Source of the DNA: Somniosus microcephalus
Lineage: Eukaryota
Assembly: GCA_052327205.1 (NCBI GenBank)
Contig: CM126220.1
Coordinates: 10,974,001-11,038,000 of the forward strand
Length of the DNA: 64,000 bases
Direction of reading: 5' to 3'
Positions 25,363 to 39,236 of the stretch are shown here, one piece after another; the first letter of the stretch is position 1, and the number at the start of each line of letters is the position of its first letter. The translations under genes were made by a program, and so were the position numbers. Under the pieces are notes generated by a model, which had not been told where the DNA came from, searched no databases, and saw nothing but the letters and a program-made list of their open reading frames with translations.

Positions 25363-26791
25363 CAAAAAGGGTGGTAGAGAGAAAATGGGGAATTACAGAC
25401 CGGTAAGCCTGACATCGGTAGTGGGGAAAATACTACAGTCTATTATAAAGGATGTAATAGCAGAGCACTTGGAAAAAAGTGACCGGATCGGACAAAGTCA
25501 ACATGGATTTACAAAAGGTAAATCGTGCTTGACTAATCTACTGGAATTTTTTGAGGATGTAACTGGTAAAATAGATAAGGGAGAACCAGTGGATGTGGTG
25601 TATTTGGATTTTCAAAAGGCTTTCGATAAGGTCCCGCATAAGAGATTAGCTTGTAAAATTAAGGCACATGGGATTGGGGGCAAGGTATTGACTTGGATAG
25701 AGAACTGGTTGGCAGACAGAAAGCAAAGAGTTGGAATAAACGGCTCTTTTTCCGAGTGGCAGGCAGTGACTAGTGGGATACCGCAGGGATCGGTCCTTGG
25801 ACCCCAGCTATTCACAATATATATTAATGATCTGGACGAGGGAACTAGATGTAATATCTCCAAGTTTGCAGATGACACAAAGCTGGGTGGGTGTGTGTGC
25901 TGTGAGGAGGATGCCGAGAAACTTCAGTATGATTTGGACAGGTTGGGTGAGTGGGCAGAAGCATGGCAGATGCAATATAACGTGGATAAATACGAGGTTA
26001 TCCACTTTGGTGTCAAAAACAGGAAGGCAGATTATTATCTGAATGGCAATAGATTGGGAGAAGGGGAAGTGCAATGAGACCTGGGCGTCCTTGTGCACCA
26101 GTCGCTGAAAGTAAGCATGCAGGTGCAGCAGGCGGTTAAAAAGGCAAATGGTATGTAGGCCTTCGTAGCGAGAGGGTTTGAGTACAGGAACAAGGATGTC
26201 TTGCTGCAGTTGTACAGGGCCTTGGTGAGACCACATCGGGAGTATTGTGTGCAGTTTTGGTCGCCTTATCTGAGGAAGGATGTTCTTGCCATGGAAGGAG
26301 TGCAGCGAAGATTCACCAGGCTGATACCTGGGATGGCAGGAATGACGTATGAGGAGAGATTGGGTCAATTGGGCTTGTACTCGCTGGAGTTTAGAAGAAT
26401 GAGAGGGGATCTCATCGAAACTTATAAAATTCTAACAGGATTAGACAGACTAGATGCTGGAAGGATGTTCCCGATGTTCGGGGAGTCCAGAACCAGGGGT
26501 CATAGTCTAAGGATAAGGGGTAAGCCATTTAGGACAGAAATGAGGAGGAATTTCTTCACCCAGAGAGTGGTGAACCTGTGGAATTCTCTACCACAGAAGG
26601 CAGTTGAGGCCAATTCATTAAATATATTCAAGAAGGAGTTAGATATATTTCTTAAGGCTAAATGGATCAAGGGATATGAGGAGAAGGCAGGGACAGGGTA
26701 CTGAATTTGGATGATCAGCCATGATCCCATTGAGTGGTGGAGCAGGCTCGAGGGGCTGAATGGCCTACTCCTGCTCCTATCTTCTATGTTT
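25363..26791 (+). mobile_element. CR1 LINE, 5'-truncated, 1.4 kb, RT domain with premature stops
   Basis: ORFs 25385-26077 (GNYRPVSLTS…QHGF…YLDFQKAFD…GIPQGSVLGP…SKFADDTKL) and 26201-26704 are in one frame broken by TGA at 26075 and TAG at 26156; CR1 3' UTR follows. Confidence 0.97.
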
Positions 26792-27189
26792 CTCCCCTCC
26801 TCCTTCACTTCCGCCCCTCCTCCTTTGCTTGTCTTCCATGGGGTTGGGAACTGCATGGTGAGGCTCCACATCCCTTTTTGAACCCTTTTAAGAGCCATTT
26901 TAGGTCTTCTGTTGCTTCATGGTGGGGTGGACAATTGTTGACGGCAATCCTCTCAGAAGAGCCTCAGATAAGGTAAGTGAACACTGTTAATGAAAACCTG
27001 TTGGCAGAACCGACATATCGTCACGTGGGGTGTGGGAATAAACCAGTCAGATAACACTACAGCCTCTTGAAACAGAGACATCTACCTCCATTTCCCAACA
27101 GTGCTGTTGTCCACCTCCCAGTAGTCAACCTGCACCAGGAATGCACTGTATTTTGGGGCTTTAGCTAGCAGTTTGAAGTTTGTGTACAC

Positions 27190-28230
27190 CGTAACCAACC
27201 TTGATAAAGTTCCACATGAAAGGCTGCCTTCAGAGCTGATTGGTGCTGCTTCTGATCTACATAAATGGCATGAATTCAGATACTAAACTTGTAGTGGGCA
27301 ATAAAGTCAGATAAAGTAGTCAAGGATTTACAGACGGACATAGACAATGAGGGTAATTTGTTCTATTGGTGCAGGCAGAAAATTGTCAGTTGCGGTCACT
27401 GACTTAATGGAAAGGAAAATCGGGAAGGATGCATAACGGTTGATCCGCAAGAGTCAGTTTTCTGCCCACACTGAAAGTAAAAATGACCCCCAATATCTAC
27501 AAGTGAGCAGGGCTATGGCAATTGATATTCAATATAGATCCGTGCAAGGTCTCACACATTGTTAAATGAATTGGGGGACATAAAGAATGATGTTGATTAA
27601 GCTCAGACAGAGGCTGGAGAGTGATCGTCGACTCAACATTGACCATGTCCATTCATTGCAGGGCAACAATTAGCAAAGCAAACAGAAAAAATATATCTAT
27701 ATATAAAATATACAACCAAATCAGCAGAGTTCTATACAGTGCTCTGGTCAGACCACACCTTGACTACTATGTTCAGTTCTGATTCCTGAGAGACGAGGGA
27801 AGAATCATAGCTCCGGATCTGGTGCAGGAAGGACAACGAGGCTAATCCCTCTTGTCAGAGGCATGAGCTTCAGGGAAAAGTTAGAAAAAGCTGTAATTCT
27901 TCAGCCTTGAAAGGCGATGAATAAGGGGACCTTGCAGAAGTATATAAGATACTAAGGGAATGGAAAAGGTAACCCTTAGCGCTATTTAAAGTTGAACCAC
28001 ACTGCAGGACAAAGAGATACATGTACACATTGGTAAAAGGCAAGTTGAGGAGTAATGTCAGGAAGCACTTCACAGAGGGATTAATACTTGGAATGGTCTC
28101 TGGCCCGGGGAGTGCAGGCAAAAACTCTGCAGTCATTCAAGAGGCAGTTTGATGCTTGATGGAGAAGATTTTAGATTTTTATGGAGGGCTAAACTTCATG
28201 GGCTGAAGAGCCTTCCTCAGCTGCATTTAA
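27190..28230 (+). mobile_element. Old, heavily degraded CR1 fragment
   Basis: Remnants TTGATAAAGTTCCACATGAAAGG (FDKVPH.R) and CTGGTCAGACCACACCTTGA (LVRPHL), plus a CR1-like 3' end at about 28200. Confidence 0.6.
27349..27492. mobile_element. Small hairpin MITE nested in the old CR1
   Basis: Ends GAGGGTAATTT… / …AAAATGACCCCC; internal GGCAGAAAA / TTTTCTGCC inverted pair. Confidence 0.5.
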
Positions 28231-28397
28231 TCTTCAGTGATCTCCCTGTGACTGATTCTCTCCATGGCTGATCCCATTATCCTCCTTTCTGATACACCCA
28301 CCGGCAGCTCACTTCTACCCAGGAAACACTAATGACAGTAATCTGCAAACAAGAGTGGCACAAACCGATCAAAACCCACACCAGGGTCTTTGATGTT

Positions 28398-28605
28398 TTA
28401 CATAGGAACAGGAGGAGGCCATTCAGCCCTCGAGCCTGTTCTGCCATTCAATGAGATCATAGCTGCTCTGTATCTTAACTCCAGCTCCCCACCTTGGATC
28501 CGTAACCCTTAATACCCTTGCCTAACAAAAACCTATCCATCTTGGATTTGAAATTTTCAATTGACCCCCAACCTGAACAGGAGAGAGAGTTTGAGATTTC
28601 CACTA
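28398..28605 (-). mobile_element. CR1 3' tail fragment
   Basis: CATAGGAACAGGAGGAGGCCATTCAGCCCTCGAGCCTG… is the reverse complement of a CR1 3' UTR. Confidence 0.75.
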
Positions 28606-28719
28606 CTGTTCTTGTTGCATTTTGCAGAGTACCCCAGGGTAGTCTGGTTGGCAAAATGCATTAATTGGTGAGTTTCTGTGCTAGATAATCCGCATCCCAT
28701 GGTGAATGCATTCTGTAAG

Positions 28720-29020
28720 TGATATACCTATCAATTCGTCCAATAAAAAGCGACGAGTTAGGAACGTAACTAAAGGTTTTTATTGACTAAATAACAGAGC
28801 CCACCCTCGTGGGTGATCGGGTCCAACAAGGAGGAATACCAGCCAGTCGACTACCTTTATACCTGGGCAGGTAGGTGGAGCCATGGGCGGAGTCGGAGGT
28901 GGTCAGCCCAGGTATAACAGCGCGACAAGAGGCGACCTCGTATCGTGATACAACAGTGATAACGGTGATAACAATACAACAGTGATAACTATAGTGTAAC
29001 GATAAAAGTGGTTTACCACA
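28720..29020 (-). mobile_element. Solo LTR (301 bp) of an LTR retrotransposon
   Basis: TG…CA ends with a 5-bp TSD GTAAG (28715-28719, 29021-29025); on the minus strand TATAAA (about 28856-28861) precedes AATAAA (about 28779-28784); CpG-rich. Confidence 0.75.
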
Positions 29021-29399
29021 GTAAGTACGATGCTTCTGCACCAAAACAAAATCCGATTCCCTCAGGATGTCCAACCTCTACTCTCCCCAGGCACCATTGA
29101 AGAGTCTGCATTTCCTTAGCCCCGTACACGATGTGGCATTTTTTGCCATCCGCATTAGTCAGATTAAATACTGGGGATAGACCCGTTGATGCCCACTTAC
29201 ACCCACCCATGAGGTGGATCAATAAACTTTCAGTGCAGAGCTGCTCTGCGGACAGGATGAGATTACGAAGTATGCTGGATTTGGCCTGCAGGCTAAGCGT
29301 TGAACACCTGCAAGTTATTGCGCTTTCAGTGCAAAGTTCTCTCTGTTCTGCCCTAGAGAAACAGAAGAGTGGCATTTTTGCATTTCCCGCATCAGCCAT

Positions 29400-29625
29400 C
29401 TTGTGGCCTGTCTGAATGGGATTGCCAATTAGTGCTGAATTAGCGACAGTTTTTTGCTGTGGGGCCATGCCCGCCAAGAATTGGACTGAGACTGCTCAAA
29501 CTTACTTACAGAGAACTCTGACAGCCAGCAGACAGAGAACACTTTCATCCCATCTTCTGGGCAAGATTTAAGCTCAGACCCCAGCAGTGAAAGGCCAGTG
29601 TCTAACCCAGTGTACCGCCCAGTCC
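29400..29625 (-). mobile_element. LF-SINE-like ancient SINE fragment
   Basis: Reverse complement contains GGCCTTTCAC (tRNA-like head) and AATTCAGCACTAATTGGCA, resembling the recalled LF-SINE consensus; a second copy lies at about 43680-43837 plus 44941-44998, split by a CR1. Confidence 0.5.
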
Positions 29626-30332
29626 CTCCACCTCGTTGCTCCCTGGTGTGCGTGAGGTATGCATACTATTTTTTGGTGGGATTCCATTTCAGCATGCAAC
29701 TAATTTTATTGTCTCGTAGAACAAAAGTCCAAGAAATATTTTGTGTGTGGAGAAAAATGGATACTTCTTGGTAAATTACAAGGTAGCAGTTCAGCAAAGA
29801 TTTTAGGAAAATGTGAACCGTGAGTATAGTTAAATTGACTGAAAGAGGTGTCTGCTGTTGTCTGTGGTACATAAAAAGTAGTGAACAGCTATTTACTTCC
29901 AATGCCACGTTGCCATTAATGTTACCTCTTCAAGATAGTGTGTGACTTAGGGCCTCAAAGGATAGCAGTGTTATTACTTGAGACCTGAAGGAATATTGAA
30001 TTTATGATGTAGAAAATGCCTATATTTGACAGTAAATTAGATGATTACCTTGTATATGTTATAAATCCATTCGAGCGCGCAGGGATAACTTTTTTTTAAG
30101 TATTTAATTTAACTGGGGCATTTTAAAATGAAATGTTAGGTACCTTTAATTTTTCAGCAATTGTGTTGGCCTTGTCACACAAACACGAAGCTGTGCTTTA
30201 CCAACTTAAACATGCCCAATCTGAGCACCCCCATTTCTTTATGGCTGAATATACTCCCTGGAATGGTACTGAGCTTTATGGGCCAGGAAGGACCCAAATT
30301 CAGTCCCCAATCTGTGATAAATTAACTAATTT

Positions 30333-30785
30333 AGTGTCAGCCGTGTTTCAGTTGGTAGCACACTCTCCTCCCTATCAGAAGGTTGTGGTTTAAAATCCCA
30401 CTCTAGAGACTTGAGAACAGAAATCTAGGCTGACACTCCAGTGCAGTACTGAGGGAGTGCTGTACTGGCGGAGGTGCCGTCTTTCGGATCTGCTCTCTCA
30501 GGTGGACATAAAAGATCCCATGGCAGTATTTCAAAGAAGAGCAGGGGAGTTATCCCCAGTGTCCTGGTCAATATTTATCCCTCAATCAACATCACAAAAA
30601 CAGATTATCTGGTCCTTACCACTTTCCTGTTTGTGGGAGCTTGCTGTGCAAATTGGCTGTCGCATTTCCTACATTACAACAGTGACTACACTTCAAAAGT
30701 ACTTAATTAGCTGTAAAGCACTTTGGGACATCTGGTGGTCGTGAAGGGCGCTATATAAATGCAAGTCTGTCTGTTTTCTTTCTTT
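30333..30785 (+). mobile_element. SacSINE1-type DeuSINE nested in an older SINE
   Basis: Homologous to 17102-17546; it interrupts the GAGTTAGCT-core repeat, which continues on both sides (30260-30332, 30786-30860). Confidence 0.85.
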
Positions 30786-32699
30786 AATCACAGCTGGGTT
30801 GGTGATTACATTGCTACAATTGCCTATAGTGTCCCAAATCTAGGGAGGGGAGAATTTATTTTTCAATAACTAGTAATTGTTTAACCAGTACTCTTGCTAG
30901 AATTTGCAGTTTGACTGAGGATACATTTATGCCGGAGTTACTGGTCTGCATATCAGTTCCTGCCAGGAAATTCCTCATGGCTCCACTGGAATTCTCCTGC
31001 CCAGCAGAGTTCTGCAACGGTGTGCATACAGACATGCATAGAGCTGGCGTCCTAACCATTAAATGTTTTGAGAGAATGGGCGGAAGCATCCGCGCTCTGA
31101 AACATTTAAATCAATTCCAGTAAGTATATGAAATGCCCAGGTGGTCCATACGACCTCCTCAGCACTTTTTAAACAAGGTTTGATATCATATTGCAGTAAT
31201 ACTCCTTACGGTATTCAAACCAAGCAGCATGAAACTGCCTCCTTCAGGGGTCTCACACGGCTAGGCTCCAGAGGTGGGTCGTGAGCCAAGTCCAGATTTC
31301 TACCGCAACTTTGGTGCCATTGCAGAGTGGAAATCAGTTATGCGTTTAATATAACTTAACTAGAACTAGAGTCTTATACTTATGGGGGAAGGGAGTCATG
31401 ATGCAGAGAATATGATCCCCATCATTTAGCAAGAACTGTTGCTATCGACAAGAGACATAAAAGATAAAGATTCCACAGTGTTACAAGGCTTGCTGAGTGT
31501 TGCAGCTTAATCTGGATCTATCTCCGTTCACGAGTTTAAGATCACAATGGCTCTTACCGATGGAGGGGGAGGGGAGAAGCAAGAGTTTGATATCTTTCCT
31601 ATTTCCACCTTTGTGAACAACAGTCAAACAAATTCTCAACAGCTGCCCCCGAGTTTTATTTTGGTATCGTTTACCAACTTTCTATGAGTTGGAACTGCAG
31701 TGAAACTCTATTCAAAGATCTCATTAATCCACTTGAATTCTTTTTTTAAAAACTTTTCATCTTTTGTAGAATTACATCCCTCATAAAATTTTATTTACTA
31801 AAGCTCAGTTAGTCTACCAATTCTGATCCTGTTAGGCACACAGAAAATAAAAGCTATGTTTGTTGTATCCTTGTTCATAGTATGTGCATCTACTCTCTTT
31901 GACATCAATAGACTGGCCATTTTCTATAAGAGAACTGCTCTCCCAAGAACCAGATTTTTCCTGTTAAACTATTTTAGTTTGTAGTAAATGTCTCCAGGAA
32001 CCTTTAATTAGCCATGTTTTGCACTGATAGAAATTAGACCATCATTGTTAAAAGGCATAACAGTTGGCTTTCCCATGTCAGTAAGTTGGCTTCAGGAGTC
32101 GCTGGAGAATTCAATGTCGAAATTAACCATGTCTTCTTTATCTTCCCCCCCCCCCCCCCACCCTGAATCACCAATATAGAAGTACTTTTAGATTGGTGTT
32201 TTTATTTAGAACCCCAGCAGAGCATCCGCCGTGGGCCGAGTCCACATGCTAAAATGCAGCTCCTTTATCCTGGTGACCGAATCATGGCAGTGTAAAAGTG
32301 CTATAAGAGTGGTTGCCATCATGCTGTGTTTGTACTACAGAAGGTTCAAGCATAAAAGCCACAAAGGCCAATGAGCCCAGCTGGACCACAGAACATTGCC
32401 TTATAAAAACACTTTTACACTGTGGTATATGTGTTTAATTAAGGTGCTGAATGTATATCACCCTAAGGTGCTATTATGAAATTTTGCTGCAAAACATTTC
32501 CAGTTTATGTTAACTTGGAAAACTTAAAATTTGTAGTACATTTTAATTTCTACATTAACAAAAGGTGCATTTGATACATTATTTGCTTGTACGCTGCCAT
32601 ATTATACATGAGAAATCACTGGTAACTAGCTGAAGAATATCTTTTTGGGAGTGTTTTGCAGCAAATGTTTCTTCCCTTGTTGCCTCCTTTTTTTTGAGG

Positions 32700-33030
32700 A
32701 CAATGTCTATTAGGTGCAGTTAGTGACAACCTCGTCCAAATGGCCATTCTTTGTGTGTGAGCCTAGACATCGTGTTGGTAGGTTATTCGATCACGTGGGG
32801 GTATCACGGTGACCCCAACAGTATCTACATATTGCCAGCAGGCAGTTAGTGGATAGCTATCAAGAGCAAGAACGCTGACAAATCTTTCATGTCTCTAGCC
32901 CAGGGCCAGTCAGGTCAATTGTAGCACCCCTCGTGCTGCTTTTGCTGAGATCAGCTATCTCAATCAAGACCAGGGATGGAAGCTGAGACCGTCATAGTCT
33001 GTATGCCTCAATCCCACAGCATGCAGTGCA
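32700..33030 (-). mobile_element. Old SINE-like repeat (GAGTTAGCT core family)
   Basis: GCTGAGATCAGCTA and AAATGGCCATTCTT are reverse complements of family motifs. Confidence 0.5.
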
Positions 33031-34943
33031 TTTACCTGAGGACAGGTAAATGTTTGTCTTGTTGGTCTGGGAGTGGTGCCAAGGGTGTAAGTGTACAGTA
33101 TGGGGAGGAGCAATAGAGAAGAGGTAACCAAAACCAGAACAGGGAAACTGTCGAAGATAGATTGTCTAACCATAGCCCCCAGTGGGTTAAGTCCCATTTT
33201 ATATAGAGGCAAGAATATAAAATTAGCAACTTTCATCTTTCTCTTTGTTTAACCATTAATGTCAGATTCTTGTTTATGAGGAATGTGATAAGAAGTGGTT
33301 CTTAATGGCTTAATATTTAATACAGCATGTTAATGGAGGTCATACTTGTAAAAGAAAGACATTTTCGTCTGTATCATTGAAGTCGTTTTTATTTTCCCAT
33401 AAGGGAATGCTTCAGTTTTCACATTTAAAGATGACATTTTGCAAAGAGTCCAGTGCCCACACACGAGTATTTTTCAGTGCTGCTGCTCAGCTGAAAATTA
33501 TGTTCTCATCTCAGCTCTCCCTCAGGGTGGACATGTTGGCCTGTACTGTCCTGCTGCGATGCTAAAGTAGTATGTCCTTTGCACGGACCACCACTCTGTG
33601 TGAAATACTCGAACAGACGGTGGCCGCAGTTGCTCCTCAGTGCCTGTCTGTCCCTGATGAATGCACTCCTTTGGTGAAGCTGACCTGCTCTCTAGCAGAC
33701 CACTGTGACATTGATACAGCTCTCCTAATGATGAGAAATGGAGTTATAATGCCAGTTGTTGAACCGTAGGCTGCAAATAAATGTGCTTCAGAGAACCGCC
33801 ATCAGTGCCTCTAAATGGATTATATATTTTGTTTGGTAATCCAATATTTAATACCAGTCTAATCTCGAGTGGTTATCTCTCTTCCACTCAATGACAAGTG
33901 CCCTGATTTTTCTTCCCTCAAATGGACTGATTCACTGTTCCTAGTTTCATTCTTTATATTATTTATTCTTGACAATATTATTTTATTATCTGTCTGCCCT
34001 GATTGCCCTTCATTTTTATATATTCATTCCTTTGTCAGTGACCCGTTCCTGAGCTTCTAACCAGTGAAGTCCACTTCACGCATTGCCTGCTGCTTTTTTT
34101 TTTAAAAGCTTTCACTGTTCTATGTTTCTATTGATCTTGAATGCTGTAAGATGCAAATTACTATGCTTGACAGGGTTTGGGGCATTTTATCATCAATGGA
34201 AAGTAATTATCCCCAGCTACACTGATATTGGATTGTTAAGCTCGAGGATAATGTGCTACGCAAGTCCTCAGAAACTGGCCCACCTCTGGGATTTGTGTGA
34301 ATATGATGGATAGAGGGAAAGGAGAATGGCTGACTGGGGCTCCTCTGGGACATATCACAACATGGGGGCTGTTCGTTTTTTTTTTATTCATGTGGCAAAG
34401 GCACTACTCAGATTCATTCTTCCAGGACTCGCTGCTGTGATGACTGCTGCTGAGTTATATTTTTGAGTGGATAGGACACAGGTTTCCTCTGGTTATTTCA
34501 GTGTAGTCTGCTGCCATTGCTCTTCCTAAATATCAAAGTGCTGTTTATGAAAAGAACTTGCTGTCTAGTTCCAATTAATATTTTGTTCCTGAGCAGTAAC
34601 TTTTTTTTAAGCTACAGTTCTCTGTCTTGGATGGACTGTAATTGATTTTTAAATTATTTTGTACATTTCTTAATCTGCATGTACCAAGAAAACGGAACAA
34701 GATAACTTCATAGATCTTGTGTTCGACTGTCAAAATCCCAACCAGAAGGCCAGAGCTTGAACCTGGTGTTGACTGACTTTTGGATCTGGCTGCCCTGGTT
34801 TGGTGGGTGGGCTTTATTTGCTCTATACAGGATTGCAGCACTTTATAGCAGTGAAGAGCTCCAGGAGAAGGTGAAACCCATAGGGTCAAGACCCATCACT
34901 GAGAAATACAACTCCTTTTGGGCAGTTTGGGGAGAAGGATAAA

Positions 34944-35945
34944 CCTCGCAACTACGGGCTAGTCAGCCTAACATCTGTGGTGAGGGAAACTTTCAGAGAC
35001 AAAATTAATTGTCACTTGGAAAAATATGGATTAATAAATGACAGCCACCACGGATTTCGTAAAGGCAAATTGTGTTTGACTAACTTGATCGAGTTCTTTG
35101 ATGAAGTAACGGAGAGGGTTGATGAAGGTAGAGCGGTTGATGATGTGTATGTGGACTTTCAAAAGGCGTTTGATAAAGTACTGCATAATAGACGCATGGC
35201 AGATGCAACTTAACGCAGAAAAGTGTGAAATGATGCATTTTGGTAGGAAGAATAAGGAGAGGTAATATAAACTAAATGGTGCAGTTTTAAAGTGGGTGCA
35301 GGAACAGAGAGACCTGGGGGTGTACGTACACAAATCTTTGAAGCTGGCAGGGCAAGTTGAGAAGGCTGTTTAAAAAAAAAAAAAAAAAGCATACAGGATC
35401 CTTGGCTGTATAAACAGAAGCTAGGAAGTTGTGCTAAACCTTTATAAAACACTGGTTAGGCCCCAGCTGGAGCATTGTGTCCAATTCTGGGCACCACACT
35501 TTAGGAAGGATGTAAAGGCCTTCAAGAGGGTGCAGAGGAGATTTACTATAATGGTACCAGCGATGCGGGATCAGCTACGTGGAGAGACTAGAGAAGCTGC
35601 TCTAAGGAGGAGATTTAGTAGAGGTCTTCAAAATCATGAAGGGGTTTGAATAAATAAGGAGAAAATGTTTCCAGTAGCAGAATAGTCGGTAACCAGAGGA
35701 TGCAGATTTAAGGCAATTGGCAAAAGAACCAGAGACTAAGAGAATTTTTTTTATGCAGAGAGTTGTTGTGATCTGGAATGCACTAACTTTCAAAAGGGAA
35801 TTGGATAAATACTTGAAGGGGAAAAAATTTGCAGGGCAATGGAGAAAGGGCAGGGGAGTGGGACTAATTGGAGAACTTTTTCAAAGAGCCGGCACAGGCA
35901 AGCTGGGCCGAATGGCCTCCTTCTATGCTGCATCAATCTATGATT
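34944..35945 (+). mobile_element. CR1 LINE 3' fragment with internal deletion
   Basis: HHGFRKGKLCLTNLIEFF…DFQKAFDKV joined directly to WQMQ.N…; LYKTLVRPQLEHCVQFW; CR1 3' UTR. Confidence 0.9.
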
Positions 35946-36227
35946 TATGCAGCTGTATGTACAACTGTTCAGATAATCTTGCACCACCCCCCACCCCAAA
36001 AGTAATAATATAATAAACAGTGGTGGAGCAATCGAAGGGCATTTAGCATGATTCTCAAGAAGACATCCTGTAACTCACAGTGGGAATGCCTTCCAATCAT
36101 GCAGAGTAAATGTCCATTAACTTGGCTGCATGATCAGCCAGCTATAAAACCATTTGTGTTCAGAGACGACTCAAAATTCACATGTTTATGTGTGCCAATC
36201 CTTTAGGTTACTCTGTACAAGTTCTGT

Positions 36228-36306
36228 AGAAGGGTTTCGACTCTGTTTCTCTCTCCATGGATGTTGCCTGGCCTGCTGAGTTTTTCCAGTGTTTTCTGTT
36301 GTTATT
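36228..36306. mobile_element. Single arm of the Penelope-like-derived family
   Basis: CTCTCCATGGATGTTGCCTGGCCTGCTGAGTTTTTCCAG…TTCTGTTGTTATT matches 19130-19190. Confidence 0.7.
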
Positions 36307-36479
36307 CCTTAAGGATACGCATCCCATTCTAATGTTTTTGAATGAAAGAGCACTTTTCAAACAAGGATTTGGTAAAAGATGGTTAACATTTTATACCTGC
36401 AATAAATTGCAGAGAATTTTTTTTATAAGTGTATAAATGCCAGTCAATCTTCTGTGCCATTAGCACAGCTGGAGTCAAG

Positions 36480-37132
36480 AGCAAGTGTAGTGTTGAGGTG
36501 AAGTAGGATAAGAGGACGTGGGTTCATTGAACCAGTGTGCACAGTGCTTCAGTCCCCATTTCAAAGAAGTAGGGTAGGGAAGGCAGAGTGATGGGGATGT
36601 GATGAGTGACACAACAGGATGAGGTTGAGTGTGGCTTTGCAGTAACGTTTCGTGATCTACTGAGATCATTGAAAGGCTTGCGCCACTGCAGCCTGGTCCT
36701 CTTGACGACATCCCTGCTTGTGTCCTCCTGTGCAATGTTCAACCAGGTTGTGTTGATCCTCTGGGGAGGTCTCTTCTGCCCATGGGAAGGGAAGAGGACC
36801 TCCCTGCGTGCTGTGGAGGGAGTCATGGGAGAGCCTGGGTGCAGCAGTGCTTGTCAGTGTTTGCTTTATTTCAATGCTGTAGAACACTGACAGCACAACT
36901 GTCAAAATAAATTTGCACATGATCCCTTTAAGGAAGCTGGCTTATGATGCGTCATCAAGTGACGTCATCAGACCCGCTTCCTTCAGTTGGCCACCAAACG
37001 CGCTGGGCGGGCTTAACAAACCCAATCAATGTAAAATCACTTTGGACAGCGGGCTTGAGCCAGCAGTAAGGTCGGCACCCGCCACCAACTCCGGCCGCAC
37101 CAGACCCGCCGAGGTAGGGGAAATCACGGCCT
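36480..37132 (-). mobile_element. PIF/Harbinger transposon remnant with Myb/SANT-like gene fragment
   Basis: Minus-strand AAPRLS…ARREVLFPSHGQKRPP…WLNIAQEDTSRDVVKRTRLQWRKPFNDL fits the trihelix Myb/SANT-like domain of Harbinger ORF1 (frameshifted); GC-rich terminus …GGGAAATCACGGCC at about 37132. Confidence 0.75.
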
Positions 37133-37430
37133 TAGTGCTGGTTGGAACATAGGAGTTTCTCTGCACAACAAGCTGAGGAGCAAAACTCAGTCGCTACAGT
37201 GCCGCTGCTGGTGGGAACCTATAATTACAGCATAATACATTTACGTAGCAGTTTCCATTATAAATGTAGACAAAAACATTTATAATGGAAATAAGTTAAC
37301 AAGGTATGTGCACAGAAGCAAGATTTTTATTATATATTGTAGATTTGTGTCCAAGTGAAATTGCAAAAGGTATTTGGAAGTAGGTAATTTGGAAACCCTG
37401 CTTTTTGTTTCCATGTTTGATACATTTATC

Positions 37431-39201
37431 ATATGTAGGTCCCTTACAGTCAGAAATGGGAGAATTTATAATGGGGCACAAGGAAATGGCAGAGCAATTA
37501 AACAAATACTTTGGTTCTATCTTCACTGAAGAGGACACAAATAACTTCCCAGAAATGCTAGGAACCAAGGGTCGAGTGAGAAGGAGGAATTAAAGGAAAT
37601 TAGTATTAGTAAAAAAAAATAGTGCTGGAGAAATTAATGGGACTGAAAGCTGATAAATCCCCAGAACTTGATAATCTGCATCCCAGAGTACTAAAAGAGG
37701 TAGCCATTGAAATAGTGGATGCATTGGTTGTCATCTTCCAAAATCCTATAGATTATAGAACAGTTCCTGCAGATTGGAGGGTGGCGAATGTAACCCCACT
37801 ATTTAAAAAAGGAGGGATAGAGAAAACAGGGAACTACAGACTGGTTAGCCTAACATCAGTTGTAGGGAAAATGCTAGAGTCTATTATAAAAGATGTGATA
37901 ACAGGACACTTAGAAAATATCAACGGAATTAGACAAAGTCAGCATGGATTTATGAAAGGGAAATCGTGTTTGACAAACCTACTGGAGTTTTTTGAGGATG
38001 TAACTGGTAGAATAGACAAGGGAGGACCAGTGGATGTGGTGTATTTGGATTTTCAGAAGGTCTTTGATAAAGTCCCACATAAGAGGTTAGTGTGCAAAAT
38101 TAAAGCACATGGGATTGGGGTTAATATACTTGCATGGATTGAAAATTGGTTAACAGACAGAAAACAGAGTAGGAATAACTGGGTCTATTTCGGGGTGGCA
38201 GGCAGTGACTAGTGGGGTACTGCAGGGATCAGTGCTTGGGCCCTAGCTATTCACAATATATATCAATGATTTGAATGAGGAACCAAATGTAATATTTCCA
38301 AGTTTGCCGACGACACAAAACTAGGTGGGATTGAGTTGTGAGGAGGATGCAAAGAGGCTTCAAGGCGATTTAGACAAGTTGAGTGAGTGGGCAAATACAT
38401 GGCAGATGCAGCATAACATGGATAAATGTGAAGTTATCCACTTCGGTAGGAAAAACAGAAAGGCAGAGTATTATTTAAATGGTGATAGATTGGGAAATGT
38501 TGATGTACAAAGGGACCTGGGTGTCCTTGTACACCAGTCACTGAAAGCAAACATGCAGGTGCAGCAAGCAGTTAGGCAGGCAAATGGTATGTTGGCCTTC
38601 ATTGCAAGAGGATTTGAGTACAGAAGCAAGGATGTCTTACTGCAGTTATACAGGGCCTTGGTGAGACCACACCTGGAGTACTGTGTGATATACTTGCCAT
38701 AGAGGGAGTGCAGCGAAGGTTCACCAGACTGATTCCTGGGATGGCAGGACTGTCGTACGAGGAGAGATTGGGTCGACTAGGTCTGTATTCACTAGAGTTT
38801 AGAAGAATGAGAGGGGATCTCGTGGAAACGTATAAAATTCTGACAGGGCTAGACAGACTGGATGCAGGGAGGATGTTTCCCCTGGCTAGGGGGTGTAGAA
38901 CAAGGGGTCACAGTCTCAGGATACGGGGTAGGACATTTAGGACTGAGATGAGGAGAAATTTCTTCACTCGGAGGGTGATGAACCTGTGGAATTCTCTACC
39001 ACAGAAGGCTGTGGAGGCCAAGTCACTGAATATATTTAAGAAGGAGATAGATAGATTTCTAGACACAAAAGGCATCAAGGGGCATGGGGAGAGATCAGGA
39101 ATATGGTATTGAGATAGAGGATCAGCCATGATCATATTGAATGGTGGAGCAGGCTCGAAGGGCCGAATGGCCTACTTCTGCTCCTATTTTTCTATGTTTC
39201 T
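37431..39201 (+). mobile_element. CR1 LINE, 5'-truncated, 1.77 kb
   Basis: ORF2 fragments 37622-38212, 38325-38702 and 38708-39112 (DWRVANVTPLFKKG…QHGFMKGKSCLTNLLEFF…RRMRGDL…) with frameshifts, plus 3' UTR. Confidence 0.97.
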
Positions 39202-39236
39202 ATCACCTTACATGGGCCTAGTATACATCTTATATC

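Noticed and set aside
25385-26704. Active reverse transcriptase gene
   Set aside because: 5'-truncated CR1 with in-frame stops; the same applies to 37431-39201.
29013-29477. 154-aa minus-strand ORF as a host exon or transposase
   Set aside because: It spans a SINE relic and runs into the solo LTR; no motif recognised.
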